Made by a program: the position numbers and the translations under genes | Notes under the pieces: generated by a model | Database searches by the model: none | Told to the model about the DNA's origin: nothing | The model's input: the letters and a program-made list of their open reading frames with translations, nothing else | Part shown: positions 1-12,679 of the stretch, piece by piece | How positions within the stretch are numbered: the first letter of the stretch is position 1 | Layout of the letters: the number at the start of each line of letters is the position of its first letter | Assembly: GCF_006345805.1 (NCBI RefSeq) | Contig: NC_043013.1 | Coordinates: 3,906,001 to 3,970,000 of the forward strand | Reading direction: 5' to 3' | Length of the DNA: 64,000 nt | Source of the DNA: Octopus sinensis | Lineage: Eukaryota

Positions 1-119
1 CGTAGGCTCGAAACGTAAAAGACTTGTTCTATTTCTATTCCTGAGCGCTATACTAATACATTGTTTGTTTTAGTACTCCACCTACCTTCGTCTTTTGTTT
101 ATTTTCGTAAACCCTTCCG
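1..119 (+). mobile_element. Penelope-like pLTR 3' part (cut by window edge), with the 3' half of a hammerhead-like motif
   Basis: CGTAGGCTCGAAACGTAAAAGAC...CTTCGTCTTTTG matches copies at 37825-37935 (+) and 22486-22610 (-); followed by (TA)n. Confidence 0.6.
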
Positions 120-120
120 T

Positions 121-143
121 TTATATATTATATATTTATATAT

Positions 144-224
<81 letters not shown>

Positions 225-264
225 TATATATATATGTAATATATATATATATATATATATATTA

Positions 265-300
<36 letters not shown>

Positions 301-307
301 CGTGTGT

Positions 308-349
<42 letters not shown>

Positions 350-362
350 ATATGTATATATA
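121..362. repeat. (TA)n/(TG)n compound microsatellite
   Basis: Directly visible. Confidence 0.95.
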
Positions 363-1616
363 AGTTCCGTTAGTGATAATTTGAACTAGTTGAGAGCATG
401 AGGGGGAGAGAAAGAGAGAGAGAGAGAGACTCACACTCCTCTTCTCATTTATGTATTACATAGAATTTCAGTCTTTGCTGGTGCCTCTTCAGCATTCTAT
501 GTATGCATGCATTACTGACTATGCTTATGCATGCATACCATGATAGACATACCCTCACATATAAACATACATATGCAGTTGGACAGGCGCAGACACACAC
601 AACTCACATTCCTCACTAAGATATACATTTGGACCTATCCAATCTTAACTTACATTTGAAGATCCTTAATAGCTTTCCGGCGTCGGATATATTTCTCGTT
701 TCCATTTCAAGCGTTTCAGTAACCCTACATCTTGACATCTCAGGTCTCTGAAGTTCATCCACCTCTTCTTCGACTGTCAAATATCTGGTTCTCCCACTTC
801 ACGTTTATTTCCGAATCTGTCAAAAATCTGTTCCCTACCACTTCATGGTCATTTCCGAATAAAATATTTCTGTTTTCCTCTTTGTTTATTTTATTTGTGT
901 AGTATACAAACAGTGACGTACTAAAGCATGTTAGTTTCCGGAGATTTAGGTTGGATTCGCAGTTATAGCAATTTCATTTCTTACAAATTTACATGGAATG
1001 GCGTGGGCATTAAAACTGGTGGCTTCTACTATCCGATGCAAAATAATTCATCGGCCAATGATGCATACTTTTAATTGTGAAAGATTAAACCATTGGTTCA
1101 TTTAGCCTGCTGGATAAAGCAAGAATCTACAACGTGATTTCACTTTGCATTTGGACTCCGTTTAATTTGCATTTCTGAAGCAAATGGAGGAGAAATTAAG
1201 GAACCAAATCATAATTTCCTATTTATGCACAAAGTAATATATTATTTTATGAAACAAAACTTCCTCATCCAAGAAGGCGAGGCAATGGTGTAGTTGGAAG
1301 GAAATGGGTTGAAAGAACCACGCCCCCATGCAGGGCTAATTCGTGCAGAGGCAAACTTTAACTCGATCAAAATAAGCAAAGAAACAGTACGAGGGTTCAG
1401 CACACCGAACGGTGGAGTTGAAAAGAATCTTATTGGAGAGCAGCTGGTACTTTGTTAGCATGCTGTTCTGAAACTATCGGACGATGTCTGACACCGATGG
1501 CACCAAGATGCAGCATCACTGCGATTCTCGTTTTAGATGAGAGTCTTGCCGCTTTGGAACGGGAAGATTGTAAGGTCGACAGGCCTCTTGACATTATCGC
1601 TGCCGAACCTATACAT

Positions 1617-1632
1617 CATATATATATATATA

Positions 1633-1691
<59 letters not shown>

Positions 1692-1751
1692 TATATATAT
1701 ATTATATGTATATATGCCGAACCTATATATATATATATATACATACATACA

Positions 1752-1813
<62 letters not shown>

Positions 1814-1960
1814 ACATACATACATACACACACACACATATATATATATATATTATATATATATATATATAATATATACAGGCATACATATATATATGTA
1901 TGTGTGAGTGTATGTATGAATATATATATGTATATGTGTACATATATACATATATATATA
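1617..1960. repeat. (TA)n/(TACA)n microsatellite
   Basis: Directly visible. Confidence 0.95.
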
Positions 1961-2187
1961 TTTCTTTATTGCCCACAAGGGGCTAAACACAGAAGGGACA
2001 AACAAGGACAGACAAAGGGATTAAGTCGATTACATCGACCCCAGTGCGTAACTGGTACTTAATTTATCGACCCCGAAAGGATGAAAAGCAAAGTCGACCT
2101 CGGCGGAATTTGAACTCAGAATGTAACGGCAGACGAAATACAGCTACGCATTTCGCCCGGCGTGCTAACGTTTCTGCCAGCTCACCG
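1961..2187 (-). mobile_element. SINE family A (tRNA-like head, Deu/Nin-like central domain, tail type A1)
   Basis: Minus strand has A-box-like TGGCAGAAACGTTAG, B-box GAGTTCAAATTCC and CTTTCATCCTTTCGGGGTCGATAAATTAAGTACCAG; many near-identical copies in the window. Confidence 0.85.
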
Positions 2188-2210
2188 TGTACATACATAT
2201 ACATACATAT

Positions 2211-2590
2211 TTTATTTGTTTAAGTCATTGGATTGCGGCCATACAGGGATACCACTTTGGAGCGTAGACCCAACCAGCATGATACTTATTCTAATGGTGT
2301 CTTTTGCCGAACTACAAACACACCAATTCCGATAATGAAGCGGTGGTGAGGGACAAGCACAAACACAGAGACACACATAAATAATATGTACACATACACA
2401 CACTCGCACACACACACACACACGCACCCGCCTCCGCACACACGGCGGGGTTCTTTCAGTTTCCGTCTGCCAAATCCACTAATAAGGCTTCGGTCGGCCC
2501 GGGGCTATAGCAGAAGATACGTGCCCAAGGTGCCACGCTGTAGGACTGAACCCGGAACCATGTGGTTGAGAAACTAACTTAACACACAGT
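2211..2590 (-). mobile_element. SINE family B (tRNA head, CORE-like domain)
   Basis: Reverse complement matches the full copy at 11037-11470, including CTTGGGCA.GT.TCTT. Confidence 0.8.
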
Positions 2591-2972
2591 TAAGTTATAT
2601 ATATGGACGGCGCTGAGTTGTCAAACATTTAAACCAAATTTTCTCAAAACAACTTGTCCGACCGTCCCATAGGCCTCCTCTTTGAGAAACACTGATTTAA
2701 CCTAAATTTGAGACACTAGCAAAAGAAGAAATAAAGATAAACTTTTTTCTATTCCAAGAAAAACGATTTTACAAATGCACGTTCCCACGGCTTTATCGAT
2801 CTCATTCTCACCTGGAAACGATTTTTGTAATTTTTTCAAGACTTATACACGCCCTGGTATCGTCGGTATCTACATATCAATTTTGAGCGCAATCGGATGG
2901 AGGATGCCCGAGATTCTAGAAGACACAGACAGACAGACAGAACAGAACGGATTTTATATAACATTATATATA

Positions 2973-3021
<49 letters not shown>

Positions 3022-3699
3022 GTACATGCGTACATACATACATATATGTATATACAAGTACACATACATATATAATACATACATGCATGCATATATATGA
3101 GTACATATATATATATATACCTACAAACAGACACACATGCACGCGGACACACACACACACACATAAAAAAATCCGATATACGCTTTTGTGTGTGTGTGTG
3201 TGTTTGTATGTTCGTGTGTGTATGTTTGTGTGTATGTTTTTGTGTATAGGTCTGTGCGTGACCAGAGTATGTAGGAGTACATAAGCGTGTATATAAATTT
3301 CCGAGTGACTCATGTCTATATGTCTAGGTGTTGCAGATTTATACACACGAGATTTTCGTGCCGACGGGGTTCTAGGCGGGTCAGTTGACATTGGCCAACG
3401 GTTTTTCAGGGAACTCTTCTCGCCGAATAGAGGCAAAGCAATGTCGCTCTAGTTCTTTTGTTACCTTCCGTTACCTGTAAATATATCATGTACACGACAT
3501 GTACATCTATATACCTGAAACCCATTGAAAAAGTCGCGTGTGTTTGGCACTTCTTACTGAAATATTTGACGAATAGCTTGACAAGGGTCTACATCTCCCA
3601 TCTGGCCTCAGCCTGTTGCTTGCTTTTTACATAGGTCTGTGTGTATCGGTGACACTGGCACGAAGAACATTATGTCTGCTCTGCTGTTTCACTATCTAG

Positions 3700-3930
3700 T
3701 TTACTTGTTTCTGTCATTAGACTGCGGCCATGCTGAGGCACCGCCTTGAAAAATTTTTGGTCGAATGAATCAACCCTAATACGTTTTTTAAAGGCCGTAC
3801 GTATTCTATTGTCCCTACAAGCCGAACCGCTAAGTAACGGGTAATAAACACACCACCACCGATTGTCAAGCGGGGGTGGGGAACAAACATAGCAATAACG
3901 ACGCACGCACACACACACACACATAACGAG
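3700..3930 (-). mobile_element. SINE B 3' half
   Basis: CTTGTTTCTGTCATTAGACTGCGGCCATGCTG...CCGAACCGCTAAGT matches the family tail. Confidence 0.75.
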
Positions 3931-4429
3931 CTTAGCAGAACGCAATGTTATCAGAAATATCCGAAAGTGTTTTAAATCTATGGAAGGCTGATTGCCTGCT
4001 TCTTATAGAATGGGTTTGCTATCAGCTGCATTTCCATATCACCATTCATATGATCGTTGAGTTTAATCATTTACAAGTCATGATATCTTATTCAAACTAC
4101 TGAACCACCATTGTCTTCACAATAAATGCACATAAAAACATAAACCTCGTCATAGTTAATTGTAAACAACATATTAACGTATGTGCAGTCAAGCAAGCTC
4201 AAACGATACACGCACAGTTATTCATATACACACGCACACATACATACAAATTCCCTATCATATATAAACGCAAATATACACATTCATACATGAATAAACA
4301 GATAGATACATTGTTAAACAGATAAACAGATAGACAATAGAATAATGGCGTACAGAACGGACAGTCCGACAAATGGTTACATGCACGTATAAATAGAGGA
4401 AACGAGCACCTTCCAAAGATTTTTTTATT

Positions 4430-4795
4430 TTTACTTTTACTTGTTTCAGTCATTTGACTGCGGCCATGCTGGAGCACCGCCTTTTAGTCGAGCAAATCGA
4501 CCCCGGGACTTATTCTTTGTAAGCCCAGTACTTATTCTATCGGTCTCTTTTGTCGAACCGCTAAGTGACGGGGACGTAAACACACCAGCATCGGTTGTTA
4601 AGCAATGCTAGGGGGACAAACACAGACACACAAACACATACACACACACAAACACATACACACACACACACACATATATATATACACATATACGACGGGC
4701 TTCTTTCAGTTTCCGCCTACCAAATCCACTCACAAGGCATTGGTCGGCCTGGGGCTATAGCAGAAGACACTTGCCCAAGATGCCACGCAGTGGGA
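4430..4795 (-). mobile_element. SINE B, 5' truncated
   Basis: High identity to 11037-11470 in reverse complement. Confidence 0.85.
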
Positions 4796-4827
4796 GTACA
4801 TGTGTACATAGATGTGTGAGATATCTG

Positions 4828-5004
<177 letters not shown>

Positions 5005-5224
5005 GTGCGTGTGCTGTGTGTATATACTATTATTTATTGATATGCGTATAATTTCCATGGTATACATATTTTTCATTTTTTTTTCATTTAAGAGATCGTC
5101 CGTTCATTATCATCTTTGTTATAATAAATTTGCCTTTTCGTTTAGTTATGTAATCGGTGCCATACATTCGCGAAACTGGATAATAACGATGATTTCGGCT
5201 TTATGCATAAAACCGGCAATATTC

Positions 5225-5992
5225 TTTTCTACTCTAGGCACAAGGCCAGCAATTTTGGGGAGGGGGGACTGTCGATCAGATCGACATCAGTACGCAACTG
5301 GTACTTAATTTATCGACTCCAAAAGGATGAAAGGCAAAGTCGACCTCGGCGGAATTTGAACTCAGAACGTAACGGCAGACGAAATACCTATTTCTTTACT
5401 ACCCACAAGGGGCTAATCACAGGGGACGAACAAGGACAGACATAGGTATTAAGTCGATTACATCGAACCCCAGTGCGTAACTGGTACTTAATTTATCGAC
5501 CCCGAAAGGATGAAAGGCAAAGTCGACCTTGGCGGCGGAATTTGAACTCAGAACGTAACGGCAGACGAAATACCTATTTCTTTACTACCCACAAGGGACT
5601 AAACGCAGGGGACGAACAAGGACAGACATAGGTATTAAGTCGATTACATCGAACCCCAGTGCGTAACTGGTACTTAATTTATCGATCCCGAAAGGATGAA
5701 AGGCAAAGTCGACCTTGGCGGCGGAATTTGAACTCAGAACGTAACGGCAGATGAAATACCTATTTCTTTACTACCCACAAGGGGCTAAACACAGATGGGA
5801 CAAACAAGGACAGACATAGGTATTAAGTCGATTACATCGACCCCAGTGCGTAACTGGTACTTAATTTATCGACCCCGAAAGGATGAAAGGCTAAGTCGAC
5901 CTCGGCGGAATTTGAACTCAGAACGTAACGGCAGATGAAATACCGCTAAGCATTTTGCCAGGCGTGCTAACGTTTCTGCCAGCTCGCCGCCT
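5225..5992 (-). mobile_element. SINE A concatemer: one head, four bodies (period 184-186 bp), final tail type A2
   Basis: GAAATAC junction motif recurs at 5381, 5567, 5753 and 5937; only the last continues into the head (CGCTAAGC...CTCGCCGCC). Confidence 0.9.
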
Positions 5993-6313
5993 TACAAAAC
6001 CAATAATATTGAGAAGAGAGGTGTCAGTGAACTACATCGACCTCAGTACTCTACTGGTACTTATTGAAGGACAATGTTGACCACGACGGAAATTGAACTC
6101 AGAACATAAAAGGAAACAGAAGAAATACCGCAAAGCATTTTATCCAATACTCATGGCAGTAAAAACAATAAACCTCTGGCTCTGGCACATTTCAACGAAA
6201 TTTCAAGCTCAGACATTAAGTGGAAGCGAAGTTTTACTGCTGCACAATGTGATGGAGCCTGAGATCACATGGCTTGGCAGTGAACTGTTTAACCTCGCAA
6301 TTATGTCCATGCT

Positions 6314-6362
<49 letters not shown>

Positions 6363-7589
6363 GTACGCACGCGAACGCACAAACACTCATACACACACAC
6401 ATGCATACACACATACATACACACACATACACATATATATACATACATACAAATATATTCGTGTGTCTGTGTATATGTGTGTGTGTGTATACACGTTAGT
6501 GTGCGCCCCTGTGCAAATACAATACAGACATGTTCTCATGTTTGATTGAACAAATGCCTGGAAATCTGCAAGTCAATAGAATGTGAAATCGCCCGTATTC
6601 TTTTAAAGTGCATATGGTTAGTGTGATGCATGAACAATGGACCGATGGACATAATACATGCAAAACGATGGAGAAGAAACTATTGATAAATTTCGAATCT
6701 CCAGAGTCGAAGGGAGAATGTAGAGTAAGTGTTAGTATATTAGTGATTGAGTGGATTAGGGAATATTCTGATAAGAATCGAATCTGTACTATTCGCGTTG
6801 TTTTATTGGAGGGAGATGAATTTATATCAAGAATAGCTGTTTTATATTGATTGATTGGTAGTAACTCTCTCTTTTTGCGTGTGTGTTTGATTTTGATACG
6901 AGAAGTTAAGGATAAAGAATCGTACCCCTGGGTTTCATCAATTCTGAATTTCAGTGAAAGTTCAGCCGACCTGTCATTTTGTATGTAGGATCTCCTTTAC
7001 TAAACAGACAGAACTTCTCAAAATATGAACAACTAAAGTAGATTAAAGATAAATGTGAGGTAAAAGTTAAAAATCAAGCAGGATACAAGTTCGGATTACC
7101 AAGAAATATGCCAAATGAATGAAATCTTTCAAATACCATTCTCAGACAACTTCAAATAACTCCAAAGAAATCTTAGAAGTTGGAGGTATTTGATCGAGTT
7201 AAAGTTGTTAAAAACTTGTATTAGTTTTCGTCATAGGAACGGGAGAGAGGGGTTGACGTTAGTGCTTAAGCAATACATATATACTATGGCCTAGAATCTG
7301 GTTTAGGGCTTCGAACATTTAGTCTTTAGGGTCTGGGATATCAACTTTGACAATAGAATCCCGATTTTAAGCTGCTGTACTGAGCCACACATTATTCCTG
7401 AATTCCAAGTTGAAGAAGAATCGGAATATGACAGAAATAAATATAGGAAAGGAAACAGATTATCGAGATAAAGTATAAGGGGAAATGTCGAGTGTGTCGA
7501 GAGTTCATAACGAGAATAATGGGAGAGAAATCAGTAATAAGTCTTTATCTGACACATTACTTCTTTGCGCTGGCCTCTAATGATGAACT

Positions 7590-8640
7590 GCAGCAGCTTC
7601 GTTGTAGTGTTGATTGTCATTGTATTATGAAACATTGTGTAAAGTGTTGCGTAGCACTGTGTTGTGTAATGCTTTGTATAGTGGTCTTTGGTGGCTTTAT
7701 GCGCTTTGATGAGGTTTACTGATGACTGGTGTAGCGCTGTGGGATGTAGTGCAGAGCAATCTAGTGTGGTTAAATGTAATTATTTAGTTGCAGATAAGAT
7801 CTGTTGGAGCAGGCCTCATTCCAATAGTCATCTTCATGTCCAATGTGTTCTTCACGTTTTTAAGTTTGTAGGTTGGATTTTGGGAATTTTGATGGCTATT
7901 TCTAGCAGGTCGTACAATTGCGTAGGCTTCCCTCGTTGGCTTGTTTGGCTAAATGTAATATGATGAGGTGTAGTGTGGTGTTATGTAGCGTTATGTGGTG
8001 TGGCATCCAGTGGTTCGTTTGTGGCTTCCACGAGACACCACATTGTTTATTACGGTGTGATGTGTCAATTCATAATGTAGTATGGTGCAGTGAGTGTAGT
8101 GTGGTGAGATTTGATGGAAAATCGTTTGGCAATACGTTGTGTCATGAGGTACAGAGATGATGTGCTTTGAATGAGTTTAATATAAAGGCAAAGCGAAGTC
8201 ACGTGTGATGCTGTGAACGCTAACATGGCGTAGTGTTGTGTTTATTGTAAAAATGATGTGTTGTAAGAGTTGAAGATGTGGAGCAGTGAGGTGTTGTATC
8301 TAGTATCATATCTTCAACTGTTATGGAGTGGTGCATTATGGAGAAGAAGTAGCGTTATGGTTAACTCTAATGTAAACTGTAACGTGGTGTAATATGATTG
8401 TACTATGTGAGCTGGAGTATGGGCTGCTGTGTAGTGTGTGTTGAGTTTGGTATCGTTTTTGTCAGTTGTGTTGAGGTGAGTCATGATGTAGTGTAGAGTA
8501 TTATTCTGAGGCTTGATGTTGTGTACGTAGAATGGTGAAGTGTAATGCAGTGTAGCGTGATATGAAGAGGTGTAAAGTAGTGGCTGTGGTGTAGACGGCT
8601 GTTTGATTAAATAGGTTTTGATGTCGTCTGGCTTATTCAA
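7590..8640. repeat. Degenerate G/T-rich low-complexity tract (GTGTA/GTGTG-like units)
   Basis: Strong G+T skew on + with recurring TGTAGTG/TGTGGTG words. Confidence 0.55.
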
Positions 8641-8894
8641 ATACTACTTGGGCGAATTCCTTGTAGGAGCTGCTCAAATATAACTAGCTAATGTGTCTCA
8701 TAACTTACCCACTTTCTTTCTCTTGTTTGTTTGTTTTTTCTTTAAATAAAAAAGGCCATATTGAAAGATAAATTGAAACAACTCCTCTTTAAACGCTATG
8801 CTATTGGCTTTCTTTACTATTTGTTTTCCTGTCCAAATAGATGCTTTTTTTTTACATCGTTAACGTCTCGTTCTCCCCTCCCTTTCACACACAT

Positions 8895-9230
8895 GTACAT
8901 ATGCACACACTGACACACGCACATATACACACACATATGCACACATGCACATACATACATACATGCATACATACATACATACATGCATACATGCATACAT
9001 GCATGCATACATACATGCATACATACATACATACATACACACACATACATACATACATACATACATACATACATGCATGCATACATACATGCATACATAC
9101 ATGCATACATACATACATACATGCATACATACATACATACATACATACATACATAAACGCACGCACACACACACAAACGTACGTACACTTTCACATACAC
9201 ATACATATACCTATGTGAGCACACACATAC
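8895..9230. repeat. (ATAC/ATGC)n microsatellite
   Basis: Directly visible. Confidence 0.95.
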
Positions 9231-11036
9231 ATATATCTTTCGCAAATTCATATCCTTCTATCCCATCACTCTCTCGCAACATCATAACAGATTTTTTTTA
9301 CTCAACCTCCACACTACTACTTTTACAGATTCGTATTTTCACCATCCATCACCACTCTACCTGTATTACAAATGCCGTCTACCTACTCTTTTCTTATTGT
9401 TAGCTCTCCTATCACTTTTTCGGCTTAACAACACTGACCATCTTTCTATCTCACTTCCTCACTTCCTTCAAATCAGCACTTACCATCTTCACCCACCTGT
9501 CCTGCTCACGTCTGTGTGTCACTCCTTTAAGAGGTTCATGTTTGTTAAAACGAAGTCATGTCGCCGCCATGACACTTCCGGTATGTTCGCACCAATACGA
9601 CAAAGTTACTCCCACCGACAGCAAACATCTTGTTCATTAGTTTATTCTGCACATAAGTACACATACTTGTACGTCTAATTACCCTTCCATTCAACTCATA
9701 TCACCTACCCACTTATCCCCCCCCCCATTTTAACTAGAACCCTCCCCCCCAACTGAAATTTCATCTCTCTTCAACCTTTCTTCTCTATTTTTTTCTCTGA
9801 ACTGTCACTCTTCTTCAATGTCTCATTTCTTACCGTCACCTCTCACCCTTTACTTATTTATCTTTTATTCGCTGTATAGTTTCTCTCTCTCTCACCTTTT
9901 TCTCTTTTCTAAAACTCACACATTCTTATTTTCACTCTCATTTTCTCTATTTCTTTTCATTTTCTTTTAATCTTTACTATAATCAAATACATTGAGGGCA
10001 GTGGATGAGCAGATTTTTGAGTGTCAGAAAAATAAAAATGATTTGCATTATTTGTTCCGGTTCTTTACGTTCTGAGATCAAATCCCGCCAACTGGAAACT
10101 TACCAGTTCAGGATTGGCCTCTCATCCTTCCAGGATCAATAAAATTAGGCACTAGTTAATTACTGGAGGGGGGGGGCTATATTAACTAAATTTTCCCAAC
10201 ATTTCAGACTCTGTACTAATGTTAGAAATAATTATCAACTGTTCTAAATCACAAAGATACCAGTGCTATACTAGGCAATATCTCCAGAAGCACGCCAACT
10301 TTTCTTTCATGATCACACCAACAACAATAACAATATCACACCAACAACAACAAGAACATCACGAAACTACAACTATCACCACTACCCCCCCACTACTACC
10401 ATAATTATATCCTCACCAAGGGAACGTCTTTAACAAAGAATGGGGAACTCCTCGCCTGCCGAATTTTCTCCACATTCAAATTTGAAAGCAGTTAACATTA
10501 GTAGCTAGATCTCTCTCAAATGACATCAACCTGTCTTCAAAACAAAAAAAGAAGGTCGGGGAGTCATTGGATATACTATGTTGGAATAAAAGTTGAGTGG
10601 CTACGGCCAAGATACCCTCAACCATAGGTTTTCTCATTCATGCCTGGCCTTTGGCTAAACTACACCACCCAGCAGCATTTAAGCCTTAACCGTTTACAGG
10701 GTCGCCAAAACTGAAGAGGGGAAGGAGGAAGTTACTAAAAACCTGGAAACCTTGTCTGAATGTTTGTAAGAGCGACCTTCACTAAAGGCATCTAAGATGC
10801 TAGATAATGATGTTAAACCGAGCGACAGTTCAAGTATATCACACAAATTGCTTAAACAAATACTACAAAAAACCTATTCCGACCTTACTGTTCCGCTAAT
10901 CTACCGTCCTGAATTGACAGTTTCCTGTCGTCTCCAAAAGGATGAAAGCCAAAGGTGACTTTAATATACGCAGCCATAAAAACCATCAGTATCCAGGAAA
11001 AATAAAAATGTTTACTGCATTAAAAATATATATATA

Positions 11037-11219
11037 GGCGCAGGAGTGGCTGTGTGGTAAGTAGCTTGCTAACCAACCACATGGTTCCGGGTTCAGTCCC
11101 ACTGCGTGGCATCTTGGGCAAGTGTCTTCTGCTATAGCCCCGGGCCAACCAATGCCTTGTGAGTGGATTTGGTAGACGGAAACTGAAAGAAGCCCGTCGT
11201 ATATATGTATTTATATATA

Positions 11220-11252
<33 letters not shown>

Positions 11253-11470
11253 TTGTGTGTCTGTGTTTGTCCTCCCAGCATCGCTTGACAACCGATGCTG
11301 GTGTGTTTACGTCCCCGTCACTTAGCGGTTCGGCAAAAGAGACCGATAGAATAAGCACTGGGCTTACAAAGAATAAGTCCCGGGGTCGATTTGCTCGACT
11401 AAAGGCGGTGCTCCAGCATGGCCGCAGTCAAATGACTGAAACAAGTAAAAGAGTGAAAGAGTAAAGAGTA
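11037..11470 (+). mobile_element. SINE B, full length
   Basis: A-box-like TGGCTGTGTGG, B-box GGTTCAGTCCC, CORE-like CTTGGGCAAGTGTCTT, internal (TA)(TG) tract, tail GACTGAAACAAG followed by GTAAAAGA-like repeats. Confidence 0.9.
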
Positions 11471-11639
11471 ATATAAAAAATAGATGCTGTGGGTAAGAAA
11501 GAATTGTGCAGCGGATGAAGAGATGAAGAAACAATAGGAAAAAAAAAGACATCAAACCGAAAATTACAAAACCCAAAGTTAAGGAGATATTTTAAAAAAT
11601 GCAGCCATACAGGTAATACTCAACTCGGTAAGACTGAGC

Positions 11640-12060
11640 GGAATCAAAGTGGATGAAGAAAATCTCTGGACTAGCTGGAATACTCAAGACTCAAAACTGC
11701 AATTGAAGGTTTATTAATAGCAGCAGAAAACTGCAATCTCAGCCGAAACTATCAAAAACATATATATGCATAATGTATCTTCAAAATATATGGACATGAA
11801 GAAACAGATAATGTTTTTTCTGGATGCAAAGGTGTAAGTGAAAAGAAAATATATACTGACATGATACGAGCGAAGCTTTCCTGCAGGAAAGAGATAAAAC
11901 AAACGTACATCACGACAGATATCAGAGAATGATAAATTCATACATGCCAATATATTCAGACTGAGAGATTAAGACCGCAAGAATAAGAATGCCAGTTAAT
12001 ATATTCATCCGTTTCAACAGACGGTAATGAATCTCTAAAAGAAATGCTGACAATAAGCAA
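11640..12060 (+). pseudogene. Highly degraded Dong/R4-like C-terminal fragment
   Basis: KTAIEGLLIAAENCNLSRNYQKHI resembles KSETEGFIIAAQDQCLPTRNYQSNI at 15990; multiple frameshifts. Confidence 0.5.
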
Positions 12061-12311
12061 ATCTAAACAGCGTGGAATTAGCGATAGGAGAGGGGATTGG
12101 AAAAGGAACAATAGATTGCATGAGAATGGTGAAATGAAATGAAATGAAAACCAATGTAAAGCCTAACTCCTAGAACTTAGACTTATACACAACGCGCGGA
12201 AAATAACACAAGGCACTGCACCCCCAAGATAAGCAGCCTTGCCGTGCCTTGGGTTGGGCAGTATTACCATAGAATAACAAGCAAGAATAGTGAATAATAA
12301 TAATGATGATA

Positions 12312-12406
<95 letters not shown>

Positions 12407-12541
12407 TGCGCACATCCTACGTAAAACACTTTCAATAGAGTAACCATAAGAACATCACATCAAACCACAGCACGTACCCAAGGCACACAGAGCCTACGAT
12501 CAGTAATGCAGTGTAAACACGTTATAAAGATAAGACTACTG
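12407..12541 (+). mobile_element. Dong/R4-like 3' terminus (short 5'-truncated insertion)
   Basis: Encodes AHILRKTLSIE* (compare AHILRKILSM* at 16643), then a 3' UTR; flanked by (AAT)n on both sides. Confidence 0.7.
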
Positions 12542-12632
12542 AATAATATTAATATTAATATTAATATTAATAATAATAAAGATAATAATAATAATAATAA
12601 TAATAATAGTAACAACAACAACAACGACAACG

Positions 12633-12663
<31 letters not shown>

Positions 12664-12679
12664 CGACAGTTTCAATTAT

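Noticed and set aside
455-510. Minus-strand CTGAAGAG...TGAAATTC hammerhead-like words
   Set aside because: Stem II does not pair convincingly and the flanking inverted repeat overlaps the core; too degenerate to call.
5225-5992. Regularly spaced repeats resembling a CRISPR array
   Set aside because: Whole 186-bp units are repeated with no unique spacers; they are SINE bodies in eukaryotic DNA, with no cas genes.
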